In this document: positions 53,048-62,128 of the stretch, in pieces
How positions within the stretch are numbered: the stretch's first letter is position 1
Layout: each line of letters starts with the position of its first letter
Source of the DNA: a virus
Virus record (IMG/VR): IMGVR_UViG_3300037420_001136
Span: 27,891-91,890 of that record
Length of the DNA stretch: 64,000 nucleotides
Direction: 5' to 3' (one strand)
The notes under the pieces: model-generated
Seen by the model: the letters and a program-made list of their open reading frames with translations, nothing else
Databases searched by the model: none
Told to the model about the DNA's origin: nothing
Program-made: the position numbers and the translations under genes

Positions 53048-54691
53048 TTGGCCGATCCCACCACAAACGCCTACGCTCGTGCTCAGCGAATCGGCACTCC
53101 TCGCTCGCACCTCGCCACGACTCTCGCCATCCCGGGAGCCATGGACCTCGCCCCCGATCTCTCCTACTCAAACAAGTTCGACATGTGGGCGACTCTCCGC
53201 GACTGCTACGACGGAGAATCCACGATCAAGAACGCCGGACAGCAGTATCTCCCGAAGCTGGCCGCGCACAAGGACGGTGACTACGACGTCTACAAGTCGC
53301 GAGCCTACTTCTACAACGCCGTTCGCCGCACCCATCGCGGACTCATGGGAAGTCTTTTCCGGAAGCCAGTCGAGTTCACCCTACCGGCATCTCTCAAGTC
53401 GCGACTCAATCTAAATCGCATCAGCATCGACGCCAAGTCGGCCGCCGACTTCTGCAGGATCCTCGGTCACGAGGTACTCCTCACAGGACGATTCGGCATT
53501 CTGGCCGACTTCAAGGACTCCAACTGGCAGTCGCCGTATCTCGCGGGCTACATCGGCGAGAATATCTTCTCGTGGCGCACGAGGGTCTGGAAGGATCGCG
53601 AGGTAGTCGATCGCGTAGTCCTCCTGGAGCAGGAGCCGATTCTCAGCGACTACGGCTTCACCACTCAGCTGCTCGTTCGCATTCTTCGCCTGGATCCCAA
53701 CTCCGAGGGTACGGATCTCGTCTACAGTCAGACCGAGATTCGTCCCGTGATCAATCCCACGGCGTCGGAGTCCGGTGTTCAGCCGACGGTGACTCAGATT
53801 CCCATCAAGGTGCGCGCCGGTCGCACTCTCAACTACATTCCCTTCGTGTTCGTCAACGCGACCAACACCCGACCAGACGTGGGGCCTGCGCCTCTCGAGG
53901 ACATCGCGACGATCAACATCTCGCACTACCAGAGCACGGCGCATCTGGAGCACGGACGATTCTACGCGGGTATGCCGACCTACGTCACGTCGGGCAGCGC
54001 CTCGGCGCAGATGCCCGGACTTCCCGAGGGGGTCGCGAACCCCTCACCGCTCACGGTCGGCCCCAGCTACGTCTGGGAGCTGGAGGAGAACGCGAAGGCG
54101 TGGCTGCTGGAGTTCAACGGTCACGGGCTGACGTTTCTGGAGAACGCTGTCGACTCGAAGCAGCTCCAGATGCAGTCGCTCGGTGGTCGCCTCATCTCCT
54201 CGACCCGCAGAGCCGCTGCCCTGAGTGACGAGGCATGGCAGCTTCTCGAGACGGGGGATGAGGCGACCCTGATGGACGTGGCGTGCACGGCCGACGAGGC
54301 GATGAGCACTGCGATCGCCTACATGGGCGACATCATGGGGCAGATTCCAGACATGAGCGATCACGGCGTGGTCGTGGAGTTCAACAAGGAGTTTGTTCGC
54401 TCGGAGCTCACGGCTCGCGAGCTTCGTGCTCTTCAGGCTCTTCGCGAGCGCGGTCACATTCCCGAGGACGTGATGTACTACGCGCTGCGGGAGGTCGGGG
54501 TCATCCCGATCGAGTACACGCTGGAGGACTTCAAGGCGCTGATGGCTCGGAAGGATCAGCAGTACGAGCCGCCGCTGCCGCCCGCCTCGGGAGGCCTCGA
54601 CACAGGACCGGCCGGAGGCCCCACTCCGGGAGTTCGGCCTCAGACTAAGCCTAATCCTGCAAACAATCCCTCTGGAGGAAGTCCGGACTAA
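53048..54691 (+). CDS. Portal protein (DUF4055 type)
   Basis: W...RDCYDGE..IK.AG..YLP.....Y..Y..RA.FYN...RT..GL.G..FRKP; IPFVF; PL.DIA.INISHYQ..A.LEHG. Confidence 0.88.
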   Translation: MADPTTNAYARAQRIGTPRSHLATTLAIPGAMDLAPDLSYSNKFDMWATLRDCYDGESTIKNAGQQYLPKLAAHKDGDYDVYKSRAYFYNAVRRTHRGLMGSLFRKPVEFTLPASLKSRLNLNRISIDAKSAADFCRILGHEVLLTGRFGILADFKDSNWQSPYLAGYIGENIFSWRTRVWKDREVVDRVVLLEQEPILSDYGFTTQLLVRILRLDPNSEGTDLVYSQTEIRPVINPTASESGVQPTVTQIPIKVRAGRTLNYIPFVFVNATNTRPDVGPAPLEDIATINISHYQSTAHLEHGRFYAGMPTYVTSGSASAQMPGLPEGVANPSPLTVGPSYVWELEENAKAWLLEFNGHGLTFLENAVDSKQLQMQSLGGRLISSTRRAAALSDEAWQLLETGDEATLMDVACTADEAMSTAIAYMGDIMGQIPDMSDHGVVVEFNKEFVRSELTARELRALQALRERGHIPEDVMYYALREVGVIPIEYTLEDFKALMARKDQQYEPPLPPASGGLDTGPAGGPTPGVRPQTKPNPANNPSGGSPD

Positions 54692-55191
54692 TGTCTATGC
54701 AGCGATATCTGCTCGACGTCCCTCCGGGATTCGAGAACCAGCCCATCCTGTTTATGCTCACGATGTTCTCGCTTCTCATGGTCACCCTGCTCTCTCTGGA
54801 GTGGCTGTGGCGCATCTCGTGGGGATGGTTCGAGAATCCTTACCCGACGCGTCATCCCATCACTGTTCTGCGCATCATCCTGTTCTGCATCGCCATCAGC
54901 ATTCTGATGCGCGTCGGGCCGCTGGTTGCTCGGTTCGCGCTCTGGAAGTCTCTCGACTTCGAGGGACGAATGATCCTCTATCAGTGGAGTCACGGCCTGG
55001 ACGTCGTCTCCTTCTTCCCGTGGAGCTTCGCTTGGCTCGTCGGCTACCTGACGATGCCCATGCTCCACTATCAGCTGGACAAGAAGCCGCTGCCGATGCA
55101 TCTGTGGCCGACCGCCTCTCAGCTGAAGCGCCCGCTCAAGATTGGTGTAGCTGCGTTCCTGATCGCGATGGCGATCACCTTCTACGGGTGA
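54691..55191 (+). CDS. Multi-pass membrane protein (about 4 TM)
   Basis: Four hydrophobic segments; TAATG coupling to portal. Confidence 0.65.
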   Translation: MSMQRYLLDVPPGFENQPILFMLTMFSLLMVTLLSLEWLWRISWGWFENPYPTRHPITVLRIILFCIAISILMRVGPLVARFALWKSLDFEGRMILYQWSHGLDVVSFFPWSFAWLVGYLTMPMLHYQLDKKPLPMHLWPTASQLKRPLKIGVAAFLIAMAITFYG

Positions 55192-55194
55192 GCC

Positions 55195-55743
55195 GTGCTG
55201 CTCGCCCGCTATACTCACATAGACTATCATCTTGTGGCGCTTTCGTCAGGGGTAGTGGGCGTGACCAGCGGGATTCCAGACGGGATGGTCTCACTGGGAG
55301 TAGGGCTTTTGGGCGTGGCTCTTGCTCGGTGGGTCTTCGTAAACAAGCAGTATCGTGAGACGAATCGTCAGCCGAGGCTAGGCGAGACGCTTCCTCTCAC
55401 TCTAGTGGCGATGCTGGTCGCAGGAGTACTGATTTGGGATCGAAAGTTCAGCGTATCTACAAGCGCGTTCGTGGGGCTTGGCGTCGGTTGGACGGCCGTC
55501 CTTCTTCTCGACATTCTCGGAGACTTTGTGCTCACGAAGATGAAGATCATGTTCAGTGCGGGGCCGGCGAGTCCGAACTTCCCGAAGAAGGGTGATCTCT
55601 CGGGACACGACGGAAGAGTAATCTCCAACGACGTTAATCTCCCGGAGGATATGATTCAGAAGCTCGCGCAGCTCGACGAGGAGGATCCGGTGTATCTTCC
55701 TCCCAACGTGCCGAGAGGAGGCGATCGTGGGTCAGGTGAGTAA
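55195..55743 (+). CDS. Membrane protein (about 3 TM), holin-like
   Basis: Three hydrophobic segments with charged C-tail. Confidence 0.5.
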   Translation: MLLARYTHIDYHLVALSSGVVGVTSGIPDGMVSLGVGLLGVALARWVFVNKQYRETNRQPRLGETLPLTLVAMLVAGVLIWDRKFSVSTSAFVGLGVGWTAVLLLDILGDFVLTKMKIMFSAGPASPNFPKKGDLSGHDGRVISNDVNLPEDMIQKLAQLDEEDPVYLPPNVPRGGDRGSGE

Positions 55744-56152
55744 GTATCTTCGCAGAGGAGACTACGGTCCGGGTGGAGTGAGCTACTACTTCTGGTGTCC
55801 GGGCTGCGAGGAGCTGCACTGCTTCGTGACGCAGCGCTCTCTCGACTTTCGTCCTCAGGGTCCCTGCTGGGACTTCGACGGCAACGTGGACTGTCCCACG
55901 TTCAACCCGTCGCTCATCATGTGGACTGGGCACTACGCAGATCAGCGCCACGGGATTCAGAAGGAGTCCTGCTGGTGCACCTACAACGAGAAGCTGATCG
56001 CGGAGGGTAAGGAGCCCTCCGGCTTCAAGTGCGGAATCTGTCATCTGTTTCTGCACGGCGGTATGCTTCAGTTTCTCGGCGACAGCACTCACGCGCTAGC
56101 TGGGAAGACGGTGTCTCTTCCAGAGTTGCCTCCCGAGCATCAGGACGAGTAA
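55727..56152 (+). CDS. DUF6527-like Cys/His protein
   Basis: FWCPGC..LH, W.FDGN.D.PTF.PS, CH.F...G..QFL.DSTHALAG.TV.LP. Confidence 0.75.
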   Translation: MGQVSKYLRRGDYGPGGVSYYFWCPGCEELHCFVTQRSLDFRPQGPCWDFDGNVDCPTFNPSLIMWTGHYADQRHGIQKESCWCTYNEKLIAEGKEPSGFKCGICHLFLHGGMLQFLGDSTHALAGKTVSLPELPPEHQDE

Positions 56153-56159
56153 AAAGGGC

Positions 56160-56188
56160 TTGTCAGGGCCTGCGTCACCTGCTATATG
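56160..56188 (+). promoter_or_regulatory. sigma70-like promoter without spacer GA (scaffold)
   Basis: TTGTCA-17-TATATG. Confidence 0.65.
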
Positions 56189-56251
56189 ACGATTCGCTGC
56201 CGACGGGGTCGGTGGTCTTGGTCGGCGGGGTCGACCTAGCAGGAGACTAAA

Positions 56252-57049
56252 ATGCCCGAGTTGATCTACGACAAGGCCGAGGATGTTCCGGCCGCTCTCA
56301 AAGACATCGCTAAGGAAAAGGACGGCAAGTTCATCGCGAACGTCGTCGCCAAGGCGGAGCTGGACGACTTCCGCCAGCGGAACATCAACGTCTCGCAGGA
56401 GCGAGACAATCTCCAGAGCACCATCGGCCGACTGACGACGGATCTAGCTCTCGACCCGCAGAACCTGGACGGGTTCGTAGACGAGGTCAAGGAGCTTCGC
56501 GATGTGAAGCAGCAGGTGGACGACGGCAAGCTCGTCAAGGACACCTCGCTCGCTCAGGCGGTGGAGTCCAAGACCGCCGAGATGCGTCGCTCGTACGAGG
56601 AGCGCATTCGCGGACTGGAGCATTCCAACAAGACGCTCACCTCGGACAACGAGAAGCTGAAGAGCGACGTCAACCGCTCCATCATCGATCGCGAGGTTAT
56701 GAAGGCCATCGGCGACCCCAAGTCTGGCGCGCGGCCGGAGGCGACGCAGCACATTCTCCGCGAGGCCTACGAGGTCTACAAGGTGGAGGACGGGAAGCTC
56801 GTTCCGAAAGACGCCAGCGGCAACGTGATCTACGGTACGGACGGTGCCTCCCCGATGAGTCCGAAGGAGTGGCTCGTCAAGCAGCAGGAAGCGACGCCCT
56901 TCTTCTTCAAGGAAGCGCAGGGCGGCGGAGGCGGAGGCGGCGGCGGAAACGGCGCAGGACCTCTCTCGCCCGCAGCCATCGCCGAGATGTCGCCGGAAGA
57001 AAAGATGAACTATGGCCGCGAGCACGGCCTGGACGGCCGTTCCCGATAG
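56252..57049 (+). CDS. Capsid scaffolding protein
   Basis: Coiled-coil, position before MCP, FFF...GGGG C-terminal linker. Confidence 0.7.
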   Translation: MPELIYDKAEDVPAALKDIAKEKDGKFIANVVAKAELDDFRQRNINVSQERDNLQSTIGRLTTDLALDPQNLDGFVDEVKELRDVKQQVDDGKLVKDTSLAQAVESKTAEMRRSYEERIRGLEHSNKTLTSDNEKLKSDVNRSIIDREVMKAIGDPKSGARPEATQHILREAYEVYKVEDGKLVPKDASGNVIYGTDGASPMSPKEWLVKQQEATPFFFKEAQGGGGGGGGGNGAGPLSPAAIAEMSPEEKMNYGREHGLDGRSR

Positions 57050-57108
57050 AAGGAGGTAGGGGTCGCCTAATCCTCGTCGGGCGACCCTCCTCATAGAAGG
57101 CGAGAGTC

Positions 57109-57330
57109 GTGTCTAGTGAAGGCTACGTCATCTCAAACCCTAAAGGGAATAATCGGGATCTCGAGATTCACTTCCGGGGAAGAAACGGCTCTCAAAAGAA
57201 GTTCAAGACTCTACGGCCTGGAGAGGCGTGCCGCTGTGACAAGCGACTCGTCACTATAATGGAAAAGGCACGCCCTCCACGGCTTCAGCTCCTCAAGAAC
57301 GGTCAGCTCGTCAAAGATCGGAAGAGGTAA
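57109..57330 (+). CDS. Small basic hypothetical protein
   Basis: 73-aa ORF between scaffold and MCP. Confidence 0.4.
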   Translation: MSSEGYVISNPKGNNRDLEIHFRGRNGSQKKFKTLRPGEACRCDKRLVTIMEKARPPRLQLLKNGQLVKDRKR

Positions 57331-57519
57331 GTGTCCGAGAGGGTGCGCCCCGCTCTCTGCACCCTGTTTCTCGTAGTGCTGGTCATTGGCTTCTGTAGCC
57401 ACTCTCAGAACACGGCGCACCGCCAGCTAACCCGCACAAGCCAAGGCACCCACGCACGCGCTCGATGAGGCATCTGAGGCCTCCCAGGTTGGTCGCAAAA
57501 GTTTTTTGCCAACGGGGGC

Positions 57520-57548
57520 TTGCCAAACCCTCAGATCTGCGGTATAGA
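57520..57548 (+). promoter_or_regulatory. sigma70-like promoter without GA at spacer 4-5 (major capsid)
   Basis: TTGCCA-17-TATAGA. Confidence 0.6.
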
Positions 57549-57616
57549 GCTGTGAGTAGAGCTTCACGGAGCTCTGCCTCCGCGGCCGAGCCGCAGCACA
57601 GACGAGGAATTTGACC

Positions 57617-58567
57617 ATGCCCATGACTCTCGTGGAGGCCGCGAAGCTCGAGACCCGCAATCTCGTGCGCGCTGGCGTCATCGAACAGTTTGCTCGCACT
57701 TCGGAAATTCTCCGCGTCCTTCCGTTCCAGAATATCCAGGGTAACGCTCTCGCCTACAACCGCGAGGAGCAGCTTCCTGGTGTCGCCTTCCGCGCGGTGA
57801 ACGAGGGATATCCGGAGAGCGTCGGCGTCATCAATCCGGCGACCGAGACCCTGTACATCGCCGGCGGCGATCTGGACGTCGATCGCTTCATCATCCAGAC
57901 GATGGGTGCGGGAGTTCGCTCCACCCACGAGAACATGAAGATCAAGGCGCTCGCTCAGGCATGGACGACCAAGTTCATCAAGGGCGACACCACGCTTCAG
58001 CCACGCGAGTTCGACGGCCTTCAGGTTCGCCTGACGGGCTACAATCTGCTCTCGGCGGGTACGGACGGTCCCACGGGAACGAACGCTGCGGGCGGCGATG
58101 CTCTCTCGCTCGACGTGCTCGATCAGGCGATCGACAAGGTGCCGAACGCCAACGCGATTCTTATGTCGCGCGCGCTGCGTCGCAAGTTCAAGGCGGCGCG
58201 GAACAACGTCAACATCTCGGGCCAGATCGGCCTGGAGAAGGATGACTTCGGTCGTCCCGTCCAGACCTACGCCGGTCTTCCCATTCTCACCACCTACGGC
58301 GATGCTGTCACGCCCGACCCGCTCGGCTTCAACGAAGTCAGTCCGGGCGGCGGCGCGAACACGAGCACGTCGGTCTATGTTCTGAACTTCGGCATCGACG
58401 GTGTCGCAGGCATTCAGAACGGCGGCATGGACGTGCGAGATCTCGGCGAGCTTCAGTCGCTCCCGGTCTATCGCACTCGCGTCGAGTGGTACTCGGGATT
58501 CGGTATCTTCAACGGCTCGGCCGCGGTCCGAATCCAGGGCATCAAGAACGCCGCTCTGGTCGCCTAA
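57617..58567 (+). CDS. Major capsid protein
   Basis: TLVEAAKL, LPF.NI.GNA..YNRE..LP.VAFR.VNE.Y, GGDLDVDRF, FDGL..RL, YRTRVEWY.G; highly biased codons. Confidence 0.88.
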   Translation: MPMTLVEAAKLETRNLVRAGVIEQFARTSEILRVLPFQNIQGNALAYNREEQLPGVAFRAVNEGYPESVGVINPATETLYIAGGDLDVDRFIIQTMGAGVRSTHENMKIKALAQAWTTKFIKGDTTLQPREFDGLQVRLTGYNLLSAGTDGPTGTNAAGGDALSLDVLDQAIDKVPNANAILMSRALRRKFKAARNNVNISGQIGLEKDDFGRPVQTYAGLPILTTYGDAVTPDPLGFNEVSPGGGANTSTSVYVLNFGIDGVAGIQNGGMDVRDLGELQSLPVYRTRVEWYSGFGIFNGSAAVRIQGIKNAALVA

Positions 58568-58591
58568 CGAGAGCGGAAAGGAGATTCTGCA

Positions 58592-59041
58592 ATGGGAACT
58601 CAGCGTAACGTCATGAACGCCACGATGGATGCGTCTCTTCAGCTGAAGGACGCGGGCGTTCTCACGGCCTCGGGTGCCGGTCAGGTGGGCGGCGTCAATC
58701 GCGTCGTCAATCTCGGTACGGGTGTCGTCAGCGGCGCGTTCGTCGTGGACATCTCGGCTCTGGACGTCACCAGCGCGGACGAGACCTACGACATTCGCCT
58801 CCAGGTGTCCTCGGACGCCACGTTCGCGACGGACGTGACGATCGCGGCTCGCGTGGTCGGTGGGGCGTCGGCAGCCACGGCTGGTCAGGACGTCCAGGGA
58901 GTCGGTCGCCGCACCGTGCCGTTCAACAACATCGGCGAGGATGGGGCTCCGAAGCCCTATGCTCGGGCGTATCTGGCGGCGGGCGGCACCACGCCCTCCA
59001 TCAACTTCGCCGCGATGATCACGCAGAATCCGCTTCCGTAA
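58592..59041 (+). CDS. Capsid decoration / minor capsid protein
   Basis: Follows MCP with AAGGAG RBS; beta-rich 149 aa. Confidence 0.6.
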   Translation: MGTQRNVMNATMDASLQLKDAGVLTASGAGQVGGVNRVVNLGTGVVSGAFVVDISALDVTSADETYDIRLQVSSDATFATDVTIAARVVGGASAATAGQDVQGVGRRTVPFNNIGEDGAPKPYARAYLAAGGTTPSINFAAMITQNPLP

Positions 59042-59069
59042 TCGGGGCGGCGGAAAGGAGTGAATTGAC

Positions 59070-59537
59070 ATGACGGTACGTGAAGGAATGCTCCCCTCTG
59101 CGATGGTCCCGGGATTGGTGACCGTTGAGGACAAGAAGGGTCGTCGCCAGAACCTCTATCCGGTGGACGCGAAGGAACTTCTCAACGCGCAGGGCGACGA
59201 GTACAAGCTCGTCGAAAACGGTGCCATCGAGGCGGCTCGTCTCGCGGCAACGCCTCTTCGCTCCGGCATGGCGGCGAACATTCCCGACGATCACATCGTC
59301 GCGGAAGTCTCCGGCATCGCTGGCCGCGTCGTCGTCGGCGAGAATGCCAAGGACGCGGAGAAGATCCGTCAGTCGGGCGAGAACGACGGCGAGCCTGTGA
59401 AGGCCAAGGGTCCGACCTCCGCCTCGGAGCAGGACGCCGAGAAGGCCAAGCAGTCGGCCGCTCAGGGCGACGGCAAGAAGGCCGAAGGTCAGGGCGACGG
59501 CAAGGCAGGTCAGTCGGGCGCTTCCGGCCAGAAGTAA
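59070..59537 (+). CDS. Hypothetical (virion-associated?) protein
   Basis: AAGGAG RBS; low-complexity C-tail. Confidence 0.6.
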   Translation: MTVREGMLPSAMVPGLVTVEDKKGRRQNLYPVDAKELLNAQGDEYKLVENGAIEAARLAATPLRSGMAANIPDDHIVAEVSGIAGRVVVGENAKDAEKIRQSGENDGEPVKAKGPTSASEQDAEKAKQSAAQGDGKKAEGQGDGKAGQSGASGQK

Positions 59538-59560
59538 TCAGTTCCGCCAGCCAGCGGACT

Positions 59561-59600
59561 GAGCGCCCGTCGCAGTCGTCGCGCTGCGGCGGGCGCTTTC
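59561..59600 (+). terminator. Hairpin terminator after capsid operon
   Basis: GAGCGCCCGTCGCAG...CTGCGGCGGGCGCTTT. Confidence 0.6.
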
Positions 59601-59621
59601 ATTAGAAGGGGTGTTCTAGAA

Positions 59622-59945
59622 GTGCCGACAATCCCAGCTCCGGTGGACTCAGATGGGAACATCACGCTACCGCGAGCTGGGGCGGTCGTGATTCCCGTGC
59701 GGATGCAGCAGGCTGACGGGACTCCCATCGACGCCTCTGCTCTCACTCTTCGCTTCGTCGCCGGCACTCGTCTCAACAAGCTTCTGACGGACGACGCGTC
59801 GTTCGCAGGTGGAAAGGTTCTCACAATCGAGGAGGCTGAGGCGGCTGAGTTTTCTTCGCACTGGATCAACTTCTCGGTGCTAGACGAGACGAACGACCCA
59901 GCCGTTGAGATCTGGCCTGGAAAGATTCGGCGAGGTGATCAATGA
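59622..59945 (+). CDS. Structural protein (BppU N-terminal-like adaptor)
   Basis: About 107 aa; ITLPRAG...Q.DGTPID.S...G.I pattern. Confidence 0.5.
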   Translation: MPTIPAPVDSDGNITLPRAGAVVIPVRMQQADGTPIDASALTLRFVAGTRLNKLLTDDASFAGGKVLTIEEAEAAEFSSHWINFSVLDETNDPAVEIWPGKIRRGDQ

Positions 59946-60295
59946 CCGACGCGGTCATCCTACGCCAGCAGTCAGTCGTCACCTTGGTTCAAGGCGATCC
60001 TACGCCCGTCGTTACTCAGGTGCAGGCTCCGACTGTTCTGATTCAGCGCGACGGTGTTCCCGGAATTCAAGGTCCTCAGGGACCGGAGGGCAACGGGATT
60101 CAGACGACCTTCGTCTACAATCAGGCCTCGGCTGACACAATTTGGAACATCTCCCACAATCTCGGTAGATTCCCGTCCACCACGATTGTGGATAATCTCG
60201 GCAGGGAGCTTCTCGCAGAGGTCACGTATCTCGACGCGAACCTCCTCAGCGTGGCGTTCGATGTTCCCGTCTCCGGAACGGCGTATTTGAATTGA
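59942..60295 (+). CDS. Structural protein with short collagen repeat
   Basis: GVPGIQGPQGPEG; W.I.HNLG.FPS.T.VD..G...V.Y.D.N...V.F....SG.AYLN. Confidence 0.7.
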   Translation: MTDAVILRQQSVVTLVQGDPTPVVTQVQAPTVLIQRDGVPGIQGPQGPEGNGIQTTFVYNQASADTIWNISHNLGRFPSTTIVDNLGRELLAEVTYLDANLLSVAFDVPVSGTAYLN

Positions 60296-60308
60296 GGAGT
60301 ACCAGACC

Positions 60309-61403
60309 ATGAAGATGGTTGTCAATCTCGACCTCAACAAGCTCCAGATCCAGAATCCGGTTCTGCATCCTCTCGCTTCTGCTCCCGGGACTCCGGTCAC
60401 GGGTCAGATGTACTACGACACGGCTCTCGGAGCTCCCCGCTGGTACGACGGCACGGCCTTCACCAACAAGGCCACGGACTCAGCTCTGCTCGGCGGAAGT
60501 TCTCTCGCGAATGTTCTCAATCGCGCGAATCACACCGGAACACAGCTCGCCGCTACGATCAGTGACTTCGGCACAGCTGTTCAGGCCACGCGTCTGGATC
60601 AGCTGACGGCTCCTACAGCCGCCGTTAATCTCAACGGTCAGAAGATCACCAATCTAGCGACTCCGACGAATCCGGGCGACGCGGCGACGATGGGGTACGT
60701 CGACAGCTCAGTTCAGTCAGCTGCGGCTGGGATCGACGGCAAGCCATCAGTTCGTGCCGCCTCTACGGCGAACGTCACGATCTCCGCACCAGGAACAGCT
60801 ATCGACGGCGTCACTCTGGCTAACGGTGATCGTGTTCTTCTGAAGAACCAGACTACGGCGTCGCAGAATGGCGTCTACGTCTTCAATGGCTCTGGCTCTC
60901 CTCTGACTCGCGCCGCCGACGCTGACCAGAACAATGAGCTGACTCCAGGCGCCTTCTGGTTCGTCGAGGAAGGCACGACTAACAGCAAGACTCAGTGGCG
61001 TATCGAGAACACGGGCACGATCACCGTCGGTACGACCGCCATCACCATCAATCAGTTCGGTGCCGCCGCTGGATACACTCAGGGCAACGGCATCACCATC
61101 AGCGGCAACAGCATCGCAGTCAACGCTGCCGCTGGTGGCGGAATCTCGGTGGCCGCTGGCGGCGTGTCGGTTGACACTGCCGTAGTCGTCCGTAAGTACG
61201 CGTCGGACATCGGCGACGGTACGAGCACGACTATTACCGTGACTCACAATCTCGGCACTCAAGACGTGACGGTATCCGTGCGAGAGAAGGCCACGAACGC
61301 GATGGTCACAGCGGACGTCGTCGCCAACGGTGTCAATACGGTACAAGTCACGTTTGCCTCAGCTCCGGCTGCGAATAGCTATCGCGTAGTCGTTCACGCA
61401 TAA
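60309..61403 (+). CDS. Fibre-like structural protein
   Basis: RANHTGTQLA.TISDF, KITNLATPT...DAAT..YVD, IDGVTL..GDRVLLKNQT.ASQNGVY, THNLGT.DV.V. Confidence 0.75.
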   Translation: MKMVVNLDLNKLQIQNPVLHPLASAPGTPVTGQMYYDTALGAPRWYDGTAFTNKATDSALLGGSSLANVLNRANHTGTQLAATISDFGTAVQATRLDQLTAPTAAVNLNGQKITNLATPTNPGDAATMGYVDSSVQSAAAGIDGKPSVRAASTANVTISAPGTAIDGVTLANGDRVLLKNQTTASQNGVYVFNGSGSPLTRAADADQNNELTPGAFWFVEEGTTNSKTQWRIENTGTITVGTTAITINQFGAAAGYTQGNGITISGNSIAVNAAAGGGISVAAGGVSVDTAVVVRKYASDIGDGTSTTITVTHNLGTQDVTVSVREKATNAMVTADVVANGVNTVQVTFASAPAANSYRVVVHA

Positions 61404-61412
61404 GGAGTCGTT

Positions 61413-62123
61413 GTGAAGGTCCTCGGGCCTCTAGTTCTCCCACACAGAACGGCTCCAGGCTCTCCCGCGGATGGAGAGCTGTGGACGACTACGACGGGTC
61501 TCTTCGTAAGAATAAATGGAGCTACCGTAGGTCCTCTCAGCACCGGAGGAGGAGGCTCGGCAACTCCGGGCTGGACCACGACGGCTACTGGAACAGGTAC
61601 TTCGCAGGATGTCACTCTTCCCGAGTCTGGTCTAACTGTCAACGACGTCTTCGTCTTCGTGAGGGGTGTGTTTCAGCGTCCCACGACCGACTACACCATC
61701 GTTGGAGCGACTCTAACTCTCACGAGCTACGCTAGTGGCGACTCCATCACGATAATCAAGCCCGCCACTAATCCCTCCATTCTAGGATGGGACGGTGGTA
61801 TCGACGGGTTGATGGCTGACGCCGAGACTATCAATCTAGGCTTCGCTCCGAAGGCCATCAATCTCACCACTGCTAATTGTCAGGTGTGGGCACTCACGGG
61901 GGCCACGGCGTCGACAGTTCTGACTCTGTGGAAGAAGACCTCGGTCGGCGCTACCCCTGTGCAAATTCTCACCGCCACCTTCGCCGCAGGAGGTTCTGGA
62001 GGAGCTCAGGCGGCGACTATTAGCATGACGAACGCAGCGATAGAGAGCGGAGCTATGGTCTACTGGACCGGCCCTGCGACTGCCGACGCGACGCTTGCTA
62101 ATATAGCCTATATGATCAGGTAG
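61413..62123 (+). CDS. Structural/fibre-associated protein
   Basis: V.V.GVFQRP..DYTI.G.TLT module; Thr/Gly-rich. Confidence 0.6.
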   Translation: MKVLGPLVLPHRTAPGSPADGELWTTTTGLFVRINGATVGPLSTGGGGSATPGWTTTATGTGTSQDVTLPESGLTVNDVFVFVRGVFQRPTTDYTIVGATLTLTSYASGDSITIIKPATNPSILGWDGGIDGLMADAETINLGFAPKAINLTTANCQVWALTGATASTVLTLWKKTSVGATPVQILTATFAAGGSGGAQAATISMTNAAIESGAMVYWTGPATADATLANIAYMIR

Positions 62124-62128
62124 CCGCG

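Noticed and set aside
56921-56955. GGC/GGA microsatellite
   Set aside because: Encodes the ordinary poly-Gly linker of the scaffold protein
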